From contig OZ249436.1 in assembly GCA_965235115.1 (NCBI GenBank), positions 1,304,001 through 1,368,000 on the forward strand: a DNA stretch of 64,000 nucleotides. Direction: 5' to 3'. A program made the translations under genes and the position numbers. The first letter of the stretch is position 1. The number at the start of each line of letters is the position of its first letter. The notes beneath the pieces are model-generated. The model did no database searches, had not been told where the DNA came from, and was given only the letters and a program-made list of their open reading frames with translations. Of this stretch, positions 13,837 to 27,687 are shown piece after piece. Source of the stretch: Laetmonice hystrix. Taxonomy: Eukaryota.

Positions 13837-14359
13837 AGGGGCATGCTATGAAACACGTTTTTGAGGATTTCCGGCAATTATCCAACATGACCGTGTACTA
13901 GGGATCCAAGTAAATAATCCTACCACAGCATTTTGCCCTCCGACGTGTTTTCGCTGCGTATGCAGCACAAGTACGTTCTATACGACCAAACCTATAGATT
14001 TCTCCCGATAGCACATCTCCCGCCATAATTTGGCGGACAACCTCCCATCAACCCGTGTAATTGCATACTGTGTCACATCCTGTGTGTGCACTCTCTGCAT
14101 GTGCTTAGTCACGTGGTTTGCTTAGTTGTAAACAATTCAGCAGTTGCACTCGATCGTCTGGCATCAGAATGCCACCCAAAAAATATTTTATGAAATCGGC
14201 AGAGAAGCGGGCAAGGGAGCTTAATAAACTTCGATTTCTCGAATAAAACTGATAAGTCTGTCTTTGTTTACCAAGCAATTTTAATGAAGGATCTCTTTAT
14301 AAAAACAGCAAAAGTTCTATGAAATACCGATTTTTAACGTTTCCTCATAATATGCCTCT
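13837..14359. mobile_element. TTAA-flanked non-autonomous element, Kolobok-like
   Basis: Imperfect TIRs aggggcatgctatga / tcataatatgcctct with TTAA at 13833-13836 and 14360-14363. Confidence 0.7.
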
Positions 14360-15082
14360 TTAAGGATGTTCGCGGGAGACTGGTGCTGCCCCTGGCGGCG
14401 ACGTTGTCCTGGAAAAAAATATGCCGTTTTTCTTTTAGAACATCACCAAAAATCATGTTTCATTTAGTTTGTGTTTCCAACAAATAGTCACCTATATTTG
14501 TTTGACATATTAGGGAGATTTTCTTTTTTAATTTTCTTTGCCCTTAGCACAACAAACATGCTAGCAAATAAAAAAAAACGTTTTACAGCAGCATGAACCG
14601 GTTCATGCTGTTTTTACCGTCGCTTTTGTTCACTAGCCGACACCCATTAGGTATATATCTCCCCATTATGTTAGGATTAGAGAGAGCTAACAAAAACAAC
14701 AATGCAGAAGTCACAGTAGTCTGTGTTTTATCTCGTAGACAGTGTCACCATAATTCGATGGGGTGGTCGGTGTTTTATCTCGTATACAGTGTCACCATAA
14801 TTCGATGGGGTGGTCGGTGTTGTGCGAGGTACAGCCCATCAATTCCGAACATGTTGTAGGCATGGACTTTTTCTTGGCGAGCGAGGCGGCACCGATAATG
14901 TGATCTGTAACACGTTTCAATACTTCAAGTGAGTTAGATCCTATTCCCTCTACACGGAAAGCCGCTTACTACCTCCTCATGAAGTGAAACGGTAGTCTCC
15001 CAAGGTGTATTATCATCATCATCATCTTATTATTATTAACATTGAACTGAACCACTGTGTTCTCGCCATCAAAGAGCAATCC

Positions 15083-16337
15083 ACACTGGTCAGAGATATT
15101 ACTTGGATCGTATTTATTTTACACTGGTCAGAGATATTATTTGGATCGTATTTATTTTACACTGGTCAGAGATATTATTTGGATCGTATTTATTTTACAC
15201 TGGTCAGAGATATTACTTGGATCGTATTTATTTTACACTGGTCAGAGATATTACTTGGATCGTATTTATTTTACACTGGTCAGAGATATTACTTGGATCG
15301 TATTTATTTTACACTGGTCAGAGATATTACTTGGATCGTATTTATTTTACACTGGTCAGAGATATTACTTGGATCGTATTTATTTTACACTGGTCAGAGA
15401 TATTATTTGGATCGTATTTATTTTACACTGGTCAGAGATATTATTTGGATCGTATTTATTTTACACTGGTCAGAGATATTATTTGGATCGTATTTATTTT
15501 ACACTGGTCAGAGATATTACTTGGATCGTATTTATTTTACACTGGTCAGAGATATTACTTGGATCTCCTTTATTTTACACTGGTCAGAGATATTACTTGG
15601 ATCGTATTTATTTTACACTGGTCAGAGATATTACTTGGATCGTATTTATTTTACACTGGTCAGAGATATTATTTGGATCTCCTTTATTTTACACTGGTCA
15701 GAGATATTATTTGGATCGTATTTATTTTACACTGGTCAGAGATATTATTTGGATCGTATTTATTTTACACTGGTCAGAGATATTACTTGGATCTCCTTTA
15801 TTTTACACTGGTCAGAGATATTACTTGGATCTCCTTTATTTTACACTGGTCAGAGATATTACTTGGATCTCCTTTATTTTACACTGGTCAGAGATATTAC
15901 TTGGATCTCCTTTATTTTACACTGGTCAGAGATATTATTTGGATCGTATTTATTTTACACTGGTCAGAGATATTATTTGGATCGTATTTATTTTACACTG
16001 GTCAGAGATATTATTTGGATCGTATTTATTTTACACTGGTCAGAGATATTACTTGGATCTCCTTTATTTTACACTGGTCAGAGATATTACTTGGATCTCC
16101 TTTATTTTACACTGGTCAGAGATATTACTTGGATCTCCTTTATTTTACACTGGTCAGAGATATTACTTGGATCTCCTTTATTTTACACTGGTCAGAGATA
16201 TTACTTGGATCGTATTTATTTTACACTGGTCAGAGATATTATTTGGATCGTATTTATTTTACACTGGTCAGAGATATTACTTGGATCTCCTTTATTTTAC
16301 ACTGGTCAGAGATATTATTTGGATCGTATTTATTTTA
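15083..16337. repeat. Minisatellite, 40-bp unit (acactggtcagagatattaYttggatc[gta/tcc]tttatttt), about 31 copies
   Basis: Tandem periodicity; source of the three long overlapping ORFs. Confidence 0.98.
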
Positions 16338-17288
16338 GGCAGAAGGGCAACAAATTTTGTCTTTTCTTTTATTCAGAATGTTGTCGTTATCCGATTCTAT
16401 ATTTTCACCTCTTTCTTAGGCTCTCAGGATAACCTTATTATAACCACTCATGCGCCTGTTTTGTACTTATTAAGTAAGCCAGATGTGACACGCATGCCAC
16501 TCTAGACAGTTTTCTAACATAGACCTACAAAGGTCAAGATTGCTCCAAAAACCACCTTGAAAATATCTTGAATATCTATACCCTGACCCGTTACCATAGT
16601 TAGGTTGTCCGACCGGAGGAGCCTGACCGTATCTGGGAGCGGACGCGCCAACGGGACGCCACTTCCGGTACCGTTCAGTTTGACGATTCCTGGTGTTCAT
16701 ATAGCCGAGCTACGGGAAACGTAATGGAGCTTGCGGTCCATTTGATAGAACCACAGTATATATAGGTGACCTTCCTACCCTCACCCGTCCCTTCTATAGA
16801 TGCGCGGAGGTTATTGTTAGCAGGGTAGAAAAAAATTATCATTCCCAGACACCTTTCTTGTGGATAACTTCTGAAATCTTTATTTCAATGTTAGTGGTTC
16901 TCAGGCTCTAATGAAACGAGGATTAAGTGACTTGCAGTGGGGGATCCAGGGGGCTAGAGGGCCAGCCCCCCCCCCCCCCCCCCTTCCTTACATTATCCTC
17001 TCTCCGTGTTTATGAATATGCAGTATAGTACAGTCACAATCAAATCTAGCTGAACGTAGCGAGGCTACAAATTATTTTAGGTATAGACCATCCCCTTATC
17101 AAAATCCTGGATCCTTGGGTATCCGATAAAGATTGGGTGTAGGCCTGATTTAATTCCTAACGTTCGTGCTTTGCAACTTATGGGCATTAGATCATTCATG
17201 GAAAGCTTAAAAACAAGCTTTATTAACATCGACAGTGTCCATGCTGGACTTTTTTATGGATCCCAAATATTGTGCGACTGCGTATCAG

Positions 17289-17384
17289 GGCCCCGTTTCA
17301 TAACTAATAACGCAGCTGCGTTATTAACGCAGATGCGCAAATAGCCTCATTTGAGGTTAATGTGTTGCATAACTAATAACGCAA
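17289..17384 (+). mobile_element. Left 96 bp of a PIF/Harbinger-like MITE, truncated at the 62-bp array
   Basis: Near-identical to 57055-57150. Confidence 0.9.
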
Positions 17385-17385
17385 A

Positions 17386-20300
17386 CCTCTCACTTCGGTC
17401 GGTACACGGAGAACTGGTGTCCGGTAGTGGAGGCAAGCAGCCGAGTCCCTCTCACTTCGGTCGGTACATGGAGAACTGGTGTCCGGTAGTGGAGGCAAGC
17501 AGCCGAGTCCCTCTCACTTCGGTCGGTACATGGAGAACTGGTGTCCGGTAGTGGAGGCAAGCAGCCGAGTCCCTCTCACTTCGGTCGGTACATGGAGAAC
17601 TGGTGTCCGGTAGTGGAGGAAAGCAGCCGAGTCCCTCTCACTTCGGTCGGTACATGGAGAACTGGTGTCCGGTAGTGGAGGCAAGCAGCCGAGTCCCTCT
17701 CACTGCGGTCGGTGTACGGAGAACTGGTGTCCGGTAGTGGAGGCAAGCAGCCGAGTCCCTCTCACTTCGGTCGGTACATGGAGAACTGGTGTCCGGTAGT
17801 GGAGGCAAGCAGCCGAGTCCCTCTCACTTCGGTCGGTACATGGAGAACTGGTGTCCGGTAGTGGAGGCAAGCAGCCGAGTCCCTCTCACTTCGGTCGGCA
17901 CACGGAGAACTGGTGTCCGGTAGTGGAGGCAAGCAGCCGAGTCCCTCTCACTTCGGTCGGTACATGGAGAACTGGTGTCCGGTAGTGGAGGCAAGCAGCC
18001 GAGTCCGTCTCACTTCGGTCGGCACATGGAGAACTGGTGTCCGGTAGTGGAGGCAAGCAGCCGAGTCCCTCTCACTTCGGTCGGTACACGGAGAACTGGT
18101 GTCCGGTAGTGGAGGCAAGCAGCCGAGTCCCTCTCACTGCGGTCGGCACACGGAGAACTGGTGTCCGGTAGTGGAGGCAAGCAGCCGAGTCCCTCTCACT
18201 ACGGTCGGCACACGGAGAACTGGTGTCCGGTAGTGGAGGCAAGCAGCCGAGTCCCTCTCACTTCGGTCGGACACGGAGAACTGGTGTCCGGTAGTGGAGG
18301 CAAGCAGCCGAGTCCCTCTCACTTCGGTCGGCACACGGAGAACTGGTGTCCGGTAGTGGAGGCAAGCAGCCGAGTCCCTCTCACTTCGGTCGGCACACGG
18401 AGAACTGGTGCCCGGTAGTGGAGGCAAGCAGCCGAGTCCCTCTCACTTCGGTCGGTACACGGAGAACTGGTGTCCGGTAGTGGAGGCAAGCAGCCGAGTC
18501 CCTCTCACTGCGGTCGGCACACGGAGAACTGGTGTCCGGTAGTGGAGGCAAGCAGCCGAGAGCGAGTCCCTCTCACTTCGGTCGGTACATGGAGAACTGG
18601 TGTCCGGTAGTGGAGGCAAGCAGCCGAGTCCCTCTCACTGCGGTCGGTGTACGGAGAACTGGTGTCCGGTAGTGGAGGAAAGCAGCCGAGTCCGTCTCAC
18701 TTCGGTCGGTACATGGAGAACTGGTGTCCGGTAGTGGAGGCAAGCAGCCGAGTCCCTCTCACTTCGGTCGGTACACGGAGAACTGGTGTCCGGTAGTGGA
18801 GGCAAGCAGCCGAGTCCCTCTCACTTCGGTCGGTACACGGAGAACTGGTGTCCGGTAGTGGGGGCAAGCAGCCGAGTCCCTCTCACTTCGGTCGGTACAC
18901 GGAGAACTGGTGTCCGGTAGTGGAGGCAAGCAGCCGAGTCCCTCTCACTTCGGTCGGCACACGGAGAACTGGTGTCCGGTAGTGGAGGCAAGCAGCCGAG
19001 TCCCTCTCACTTCGGTCGGTACATGGAGAACTGGTGTCCGGTAGTGGAGGCAAGCAGCCGAGTCCCTCTCACTTCGGTCGGTACACGGAGAACTGGTGCC
19101 CGGTAGTGGAGGCAAGCAGCCGAGAGCGAGTCTCTCTCACTGCGGTCGGCACACGGAGAACTGGTGTCCGGTAGTGGAGGCAAGCAGCCGAGTCCCTCTC
19201 ACTTCGGTCGGTACACGGAGAACTGGTGTCCGGTAGTGGAGGCAAGCAGCCGAGTCCCTCTCACTACGGTCGGCACACGGAGAACTGGTGTCCGGTAGTG
19301 GAGGCAAGCAGCCGAGAGCGAGTCTCTCTCACTTCGGTCGGTATATGGAGAACTGGTGTCCGGTAGTGGAGGCAAGCAGCCGAGTCCCTCTCACTTCGGT
19401 CGGCACACAGAGAACTGGTGTCCGGTAGTGGAGGCAAGCAGCCGAGTCCCTCTCACTTCGGTCGGTACATGGAGAACTGGTGTCCGGTAGTGGAGGCAAG
19501 CAGCCGAGTCCCTCTCACTTCGGTCGGTACATGGAGAACTGGTGTCCGGTAGTGGAGGCAAGCAGCCGAGTCCCTCTCACTTCGGTCGGCACACGGAGAA
19601 CTGGTGTCCGGTAGTGGAGGCAAGCAGCCGAGTCCCTCTCACTTCGGTCGGTGTACGGAGAACTGGTGTCCGGTAGTGAAGGCAAGCAGCCGAGTCCCTC
19701 TCACTTCGGTCGGTACATGGAGAACTGGTGTCCGGTAGTGGAGGCAAGCAGCCGAGTCCCTCTCACTTCGGTCGGTACACGGAGAACTGGTGTCCGGTAG
19801 TGGAGGCAAGCAGCCGAGTCCCTCTCACTTCGGTCGGCACACGGAGAACTGGTGTCCGGTAGTGGAGGCAAGCAGCCGAGTCCCTCTCACTTCGGTCGAT
19901 ACAGGGAGAACTGGTGTCCGGTAGTGGAGGCAAGCAGCCGAGTCCCTCTCACTTCGGTCGGTACATGGAGAACTGGTGTCTGGTAGTGGAGGCAAGCAGC
20001 CGAGTCCCTCTCACTTCGGTCGGCACACGGAGAACTGGTGTCCGGTAGTGGAGGCAAGCAGCCGAGTCCCTCTCACTTCGGTCGGTACATGGAGAACTGG
20101 TGTCCGGTAGTGGAGGCAAGCAGCCGAGTTCCTCTCACTGCGGTCGGCACACGGAGAACTGGTGTCCGGTAGTGGAGGCAAGCAGCCGAATCCCTCTCAC
20201 TTCGGTCGGTACATGGAGAACTGGTGTCCGGTAGTGGAGGCAAGCAGCCGAGTCCCTCTCACTTCGGTCGGTACATGGAGAACTGGTGTCCGGTAGTGGA

Positions 20301-20957
20301 GGCAAGCAGCCGAGTTCCTCTCACTGCGGTCGGCACACGGAGAACTGGTGTCCGGTAGTGGAGGCAAGCAGCCGAATCCCTCTCACTTCGGTCGGTACAT
20401 GGAGAACTGGTGTCCGGTAGTGGAGGCAAGCAGCCGAGTCCCTCTCACTTCGGTCGGTACATGGAGAACTGGTGTCCGGTAGTGGAGGCAAGCAGCCGAG
20501 TCCCTCTCACTGCGGTCGGTACACGGAGAACTGGTGTCCGGTAGTGGAGGCAAGCAGCCGAGTCCCTCTCACTTCGGTCGGTACATGGAGAACTGGTGTC
20601 CGGTAGTGGAGGCAAGCAGCCGAGTCCCTCTCACTTCGGTCGGTACATGGAGAACTGGTGTCCGGTAGTGGAGGCAAGCAGCCGAGTCCCTCTCACTTCG
20701 GTCGGCACATGGAGAACTGGTGTCCGGTAGTGGAGGCAAGCAGCCGAGTCCCTCTCACTTCGGTCGGCACATGGAGAACTGGTGTCCGGTAGTGGAGGCA
20801 AGCAGCCGAGTCCCTCTCACTTCGGTCGGTACATGGAGAACTGGTGTCCGGTAGTGGAGGCAAGCAGCCGAGTCCCTCTCACTTCGGTCGGTACATGGAG
20901 AACTGGTGTCCGGTAGTGGGGGCAAGCAGCCGAGAGCGAGTCCCTCTCACTTCGGTC
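17386..20957. repeat. Minisatellite, 62-bp unit (ctctcacttcggtcggtacatggagaactggtgtccggtagtggaggcaagcagccgagtcc), about 57 copies
   Basis: Tandem periodicity. Confidence 0.99.
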
Positions 20958-21675
20958 CAAACACCCTTTTGGGGTGGACTTTGACGCTGTCTTCTCGACG
21001 ACTGCAAAAATAGATCACTACGAACTCCAGTCGTCAATCATGACACCCTCATGAGGTCCAGTCTTTTAGAGACTGGGGCCACAGGACATAGGCTGCTGTA
21101 GTCACGTAACAATCATAATCCCTCTCTCCCTTATAGTGACTAAGTGTTAAAATCGTGTACCTTGTTCATGAAGAAAATCTCCCCCAGAATGGATGGGAAT
21201 TTCCTCTGAGAAACGTGAGTGTAGCCATGGTAAAACTTGCTCGACATTTAAATGTCACTGTTCCATTAGTATCGGGTAGGTGATGCTTCGTTTTACAATG
21301 CATTCACTCGACAACCTCTCATTCCTATAGAGTGATGTCGGATCATGTTCTCATCTACTTCCCTCTCTATCGGTCACCCTACAGATAGAGAGTTGTCGCA
21401 GTGGCCTCGTACCGACCAAAGATCAGGGAACATCCCATCAAATTTAATGTTCCATGGGAGACAACTCTGAAAAAGGGCAAGGGCCATGGAAGGATTCTAA
21501 AAAAATCCTCTACTAAGTTTGTTTGTCCTTAGACCATATTACTTAATCCGATTTATATTGAAGACATTTATTCAGTGACCGTGTATGGTGTATATGTATA
21601 ACGGGCTAAAATGTTAGCAGTTAGGTTACGATCAACACTTCATAGAAGACGGAATGGGATCATGATTTTTATGCC

Positions 21676-24567
21676 CAGGGTATGCTACTGCTCCTGCTGT
21701 CCCACTCCCCCCAGGGTCTGTGAGAGGACGACTAGTCGCCTTCAGACCGCATGCACCAACAGGGTATGCTACTGTTCCTGCTGTCCCACTCCCCCCAGGG
21801 TCTGTGAGAGGACGACTAGTCGCCTTAAGACCGCATGCACTGGTCAGCAGGGTATGCTACTGTTCCTGCTGTCCCACTCCCCCAGGGTCTGTGAGAGGAC
21901 GACTAGTCGCCTTCAGACCGCATGCACTGGTCAGCAGGGTATGCTACTGTTCCTGCTGTCCCACTCCCCCAGGGTCTGTGAGAGGACGACTAGTCGCCTT
22001 AAGACCGCATACACCAGCAGGGTATGCTACTGTTCCTGCTGTCCCACTCCCCCCAGGGTCTGTGAGAGGACGACTCGTCGCCTTAAGACTGCATGCACCA
22101 GCAGGGTATGCTACTGTTCCTGCTGTTCCACTCCCCCAGGGTCTGTGAGAGGACGACTAGTCGCCTTCAGACCGCATGCACCAGCAGGGTATGCTACTGT
22201 TCCTGCTGTCCCACTCCCCCCAGGGTCTGTGAGAGGACGACTCGTCGCCTTCAGACCGCATGCACCAGCAGGGTATGCTACTGTTCCTGCTGTCCCACTC
22301 CCCCCAGGGTCTGTGAGAGGACGACTAGTCGCCTTAAGACCGCATGCACCAGCAGGGTATGCTACTGTTCCTGCTGTCCCACTCCCCCAGGGTCTGTGAG
22401 AGGACGACTAGTCGCCTTCAGACCGCATGCACCAGCAGGGTATGCTACTGTTCCTGCTGTCCCACTCCCCCAGGGTCTGTGAGAGGACGACTCGTCGCCT
22501 TCAGACCGCATGCACTGGTCAGCAGGGTATGCTACTGTTCCTGCTGTCCCACTCCCCCAGGGTCTGTGAGGACCACATGCACCAGCAGGGTATGCTACTG
22601 TTCCTGCTGTCCCACTCCCCCAGGGTCTGTGAGAGGACGACTAGTCGCCTTCAGACCGCATGCACTGGTCAGCAGGGTATGCTACTGTTCCTGCTGTCCC
22701 ACTCCCCCAGGGTCTGTGAGAGGACGACTAGTCGCCTTAAGACCGCATACACCAGCAGGGTATGCTACTGTTCCTGCTGTCCCACTCCCCCCAGGGTCTG
22801 TGAGAGGACGACTCGTCGCCTTAAGACTGCATGCACCAGCAGGGTATGCTACTGTTCCTGCTGTTCCACTCCCCCAGGGTCTGTGAGAGGACGACTAGTC
22901 GCCTTCAGACCGCATGCACCAGCAGGGTATGCTACTGTTCCTGCTGTCCCACTCCCCCAGGGTCTGTGAGAGGACGACTCGTCGCCTTAAGACCGCATGC
23001 ACTGGTCAGCAGGGTATGCTACTGTTCCTGCTGTCCCACTCCCCCAGGGTCTGTGAGGACCACATGCACCAGCAGGGTATGCTACTGTTCCTGCTGTCCC
23101 ACTCCCCCAGGGTCTGTGAGAGGACGACTAGTCGCCTGAAGACCGCATGCACCAGCAGGGTATGCTACTGTTCCTGCTGTCCCACTCCCCCCAGGGTCTG
23201 TGAGAGGACGACTCGTCGCCTTCAGACCGCATGCACCAGCAGGGTATGCTACTGTTCCTGCTGTCCCACTCCCCCCAGGGTCTGTGAGAGGACGACTAGT
23301 CGCCTTAAGACCGCATGCACCAGCAGGGTATGCTACTGTTCCTGCTGTCCCACTCCCCCAGGGTCTGTGAGAGGACGACTAGTCGCCTTCAGACCGCATG
23401 CACCAGCAGGGTATGCTACTGTTCCTGCTGTCCCACTCCCCCAGGGTCTGTGAGAGGACGACTCGTCGCCTTCAGACCGCATGCACTGGTCAGCAGGGTA
23501 TGCTACTGTTCCTGCTGTCCCACTCCCCCAGGGTCTGTGAGGACCACATGCACCAGCAGGGTATGCTACTGTTCCTGCTGTCCCACTCCCCCAGGGTCTG
23601 TGAGAGGACGACTAGTCGCCTTCAGACCGCATGCACCAGCAGGGTATGCTACTGTTCCTGCTGTCCCACTCCCCCAGGGTCTGTGAGAGGACGACTAGTC
23701 GCCTTTAGACAGCATGCACCAGCAGGGTATGCTACTGTTCCTGCTGTCCCACTCCCCCCAGGGTCTGTGAGAAGACGACTAGTCGCCTTCAGACCGCATG
23801 CACCAGCAGGGTATGCTACTGTTCCTGCTGTCCCACTCCCCCCAGGGTCTGTGAGAGGACGACTAGTCGCCTTAAGACCGCATGCACCAGCAGGGTATGC
23901 TACTGTTCCTGCTGTCCCACTCCCCCAGGGTCTGTTAGAGGACGACTCGTCGCCTTCAGACCGCATGCACCAGCAGGGTATGCTACTGTTCCTGCTGTCC
24001 CACTCCCCCAGGGTCTGTGAGAGGACGACTAGTCGCCTTAAGACCGCATACACCAGCAGGGTATGCTACTGTTCCTGCTGTCCCACTCCCCCAGGGTCTG
24101 TGAGAGGACGACTAGTCGCCTTAAGACCGCATGCACCAGCAGGGTATGCTACTGTTCCTGCTGTCCCACTCCCCCAGGGTCTGTGAGAGGACGACTAGTC
24201 GCCTGAAGACCGCATGCACCAGCAGGGTATGCTACTGTTCCTGCTGTCCCTCTCCCCCAGGGTCTGTTAGAGGACGACTCGTCGCCTGAAGACCGCATGC
24301 ACCAGCAGGGTATGCTACTGTTCCTGCTGTCCCACTCCCCCCAGGGTCTGTGAGAGGACGACTAGTCGCCTTCAGACCGCATGCACGGGTCAGCAGGGTA
24401 TGCTACTGTTCCTGCTGTCCCACTCCCCCCAGGGTCTGTGAGAGGACGACTAGTCGCCTTCAGACCGCATGCACGGGTCAGCAGGGTATGCTACTGTTCC
24501 TGCTGTCCCACTCCCCCCAGGGTCTGTGAGAGGACGACTAGTCGCCTTAAGACCGCATGCACCAGCA
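21676..24567. repeat. Minisatellite, 83-88-bp unit with two internal inverted repeats, about 35 copies
   Basis: Tandem periodicity; a deletion variant (gtgaggaccacatgc) recurs at about 22566, 23053 and 23537. Confidence 0.99.
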
Positions 24568-26361
24568 TGAAATAGTCGACAGAGAACGCCTCCTCTGATT
24601 ACCTAACCTTTCAATGGAGACCTACTCCGATGTTGCCAACCTGCAGTGTATTATTATGAGATGATAAGGTTGGCCAGCATCAGCTGCCAACATGCCGACC
24701 AGGTAACAATGAATGATGACAACCCTACATCTCACATTCCTTTAAACTCGCTCCTTACTCGACGACAGGGCCATACCTCTGGTCTCTGATTTGATACGAA
24801 CACGCGTGTTAAACGACCCTCTTAGTTTATTACGTAGGCAGGACACGTCATCCGGAGAGCCTCCGCGCGAAACATTGTAATCTTTTGGATACTGAGCCGA
24901 ATTTCAATGAATATGTTCTTTTCAAGTATCCTTTCCGAGAGGAACAAAGAAAGAGATTTTAGTGGGAGATTGGCACGCCTTAAACAGTTCATTTTGAAGT
25001 GGCTGTATCATGTTGCGCCCATAGAGCCTTTAAGAAAATTGTATGCGGACCTGCCACATGGAAATCAGACATCACGCACACAAACTACTTCTTCTGACCA
25101 TCTGCCAATTTAACACACATCGGAGGTTCGGTATCCAAAGTAAATGCTGCCAGAAGAAAAGAAAGAAAGGTCGTAGCGACGACATGGATATATTGCCATC
25201 ACAAGCGTCGTTTAAAAACACGTAACGAGATGAGGGACTGCGTGAACGAGATGCATAGAGTTCCGTTCCCGCGGTGTTCCGGCACTTCCATAGGACCGCA
25301 TAGTAAACGTCGCATCGCCCCAGAACATGTACAATCACATCAGTCCTTATGGAACACGCCTTCCGGCAAGACATTTCATTAGGCTTCAACCCTACCTCAC
25401 CATAAGGTGTTTTCTTACTTACACATTGGACAACTGTGAATACTCACCTAAAGTTACTGCTACCTTGTTATTACTACCTACTAAATACCTTGTGCTGAAG
25501 TAAACAACATTAAACATTAAAGTTCACAATATTGATAGGCCTATTTCACTTTTTTGATTTCGAAGAGAAAGTTTCTACTTGTTTTAAGAGTTGATGGCAC
25601 TTTTCGTTGATTTTGCCAGGGCTGGTATTCAATACGTGCCATCCATTTGATTTGCTTCAAGTGTCTCTCTTTATGATGTTATGTGTGTGATGGCCTCGAG
25701 GATGGTGACGTATCGGAGAGGCAGACACGTTCTGATCCACAGGAATGAGGTTGACATGGATCGCTTGGTCTCAGCCGCCTGCCCGCTGGGTGTGGTGTGT
25801 GTCGGAAAACACCCGCTGGGTGTGGTGTGTGTCGGAAAACGCCTTGATGAGGTGATTCGCCGGAAGTACCGGGTAGCCACTGCTTGTACAGGCAGGTCGT
25901 AATCATGTTAACATAACCAATGGACACCTTCAAGTTCCCGTTACTTATAAATGTTGAAAGTGTGCCGAGAAGTCGGTATTCGGTGAACCTGGCCGGAGCT
26001 AGGCCGACAACCGGAGAACCCGGCCCTAGGACGGGACCGGCAGCATTCCGTCCTGAAGAATCTGGATTTGGGTTTGGAGTTTGTGCCTCAGGAATGACGG
26101 AATAAAATTGATTAGTGTCTCCGGAGTATCGAGGCAACCACCGACCATTGCAGCATGTTCTGACCAAAGTTCCAGATCTGACGAGATTGGATTCGAGGCG
26201 GGAGGTGATACGCAGCGGACCTCCGGAGGGCTAAACCACAATTTAACACCGCAGTAGCTCAGTCGTGTCTGAGCTATACTGCTCCTCAAGGAACTGGGCA
26301 CTTGAAGAACTCGACTCTAAGTAGTCTTGGTGTTTGGAAACAACGTCTCCATGTGTATTGC

Positions 26362-26744
26362 AGTTATTTTAACAGGTTATTCTGACAGGTACGACATTAC
26401 AGGTGTTTCCGTTACAAAGTGTCGTTATTTTAACAGGTTATTCTGACAGGTCCGACATTGCAGGTGCTTCCGTTACAAAGTGTCGTTATTTTAACAGGTT
26501 ATTCTGACAGGTACGACATTGCAGGTGCTTCCTTTACAAAGTGTAGTTATTTTAACAGGTTATTCTGACAGGTACGACATTACAGGTGCTTCCGTTACAA
26601 AGTGTAGTTATTTTAACAGGTTATTCTGACAGGTACGACATTGCAGGTGCTTCCGTTACAAAGTGTAGTTATTTTAACAGGTTATTCTGACAGGTCCGAC
26701 ATTGCAGGTGCTTCCTTTACAAAGTGTAGTTATTTTAACAGGTT
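26362..26744. repeat. Minisatellite, 61-bp unit, about 6 copies
   Basis: Tandem periodicity (gttattttaacaggttattctgacagg...). Confidence 0.96.
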
Positions 26745-27110
26745 TTTAAGTTTAGTTTGAGTTTACTGTCTGCAGTAGCGGATCCGGGGGGCTGTCGCAC
26801 GGGGTTAAGACTCGCCTTTGGCGTTTTTCTTCTTTTTTTTTCGCCTTAGAGCTCTCTGAATTAACCATGCTTTGCCAGAGTTCCTCCTTGAACTCCGGTC
26901 CCCCCTCCCCTCCCAGCAGTTCTCGATTCTTGGCACCGCCTACCGTATTTTACTTAGAACTGATTTTCTAAGATCTGTGTTTACAATGTTTGCAAGTAGT
27001 CGTTTGTGAAAACATCAGTTCAAAGGCGCCAGATATTACTTGCAAGTAATGAATGAAGAAAAATAAACAAGTTGTATCGCGGCTTGTGGCGAAGGTCGCC
27101 ATAGCCAGGT

Positions 27111-27563
27111 ACTGCTGTGAACTGACCAGTACCCGTGTAACTCACAACATGACTGCTGTGAACTGACCAGTACCCGTGTAACTCACAACATGACTGCTGT
27201 GAACTGACCAGTACCCGTGTAACTCACAACATGACTGCTGTGAACTGACCAGTACCCGTGTAACTCACAACATGACTGCTGTGAACTGACCAGTACCCGT
27301 GTAACTCACAACATGACTGCTGTGAACTGACCAGTACCCGTGTAACTCACAACATGACTGCTGTGAACTGACCAATACCCGTGTAACTCACAACATGACT
27401 GCTGTGAACTGACCAGTACCCGTGTAACTCACAACATGACTGCTGTGTACTGACCAGTACCCGTCTAACTCACAACATGACTGCTGTGAACTGACCAGTA
27501 CCCGTGTAACTCACAACATGACTGCTGTGAACTGACCAGTACCCGTGTAACTCACAACATGAC
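27111..27563. repeat. Minisatellite, 41-bp unit (actgctgtgaactgaccagtacccgtgtaactcacaacatg), 11 copies
   Basis: Tandem periodicity. Confidence 0.98.
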
Positions 27564-27687
27564 ATAGCACCGTCGAGCGCCCACAGCAGCATATTGACAA
27601 ACCGGAAACGGGCGAAACTATTCTGTCTGAAATCAAATCAGAAGTTGATTATTATCTTTTATCTATAACCTTTCGTATAGATGAATG

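Noticed and set aside
15005..16505. Three overlapping ORFs of 411-482 aa
   Set aside because: They result from a stop-free 40-bp unit read in all three frames; among this many arrays one such case is unsurprising, and there is no domain or splice support
21611..24575. Cys/Pro-rich repetitive ORFs
   Set aside because: Unit lengths of 83, 84, 87 and 88 bp shift frame constantly, so there is no frame conservation
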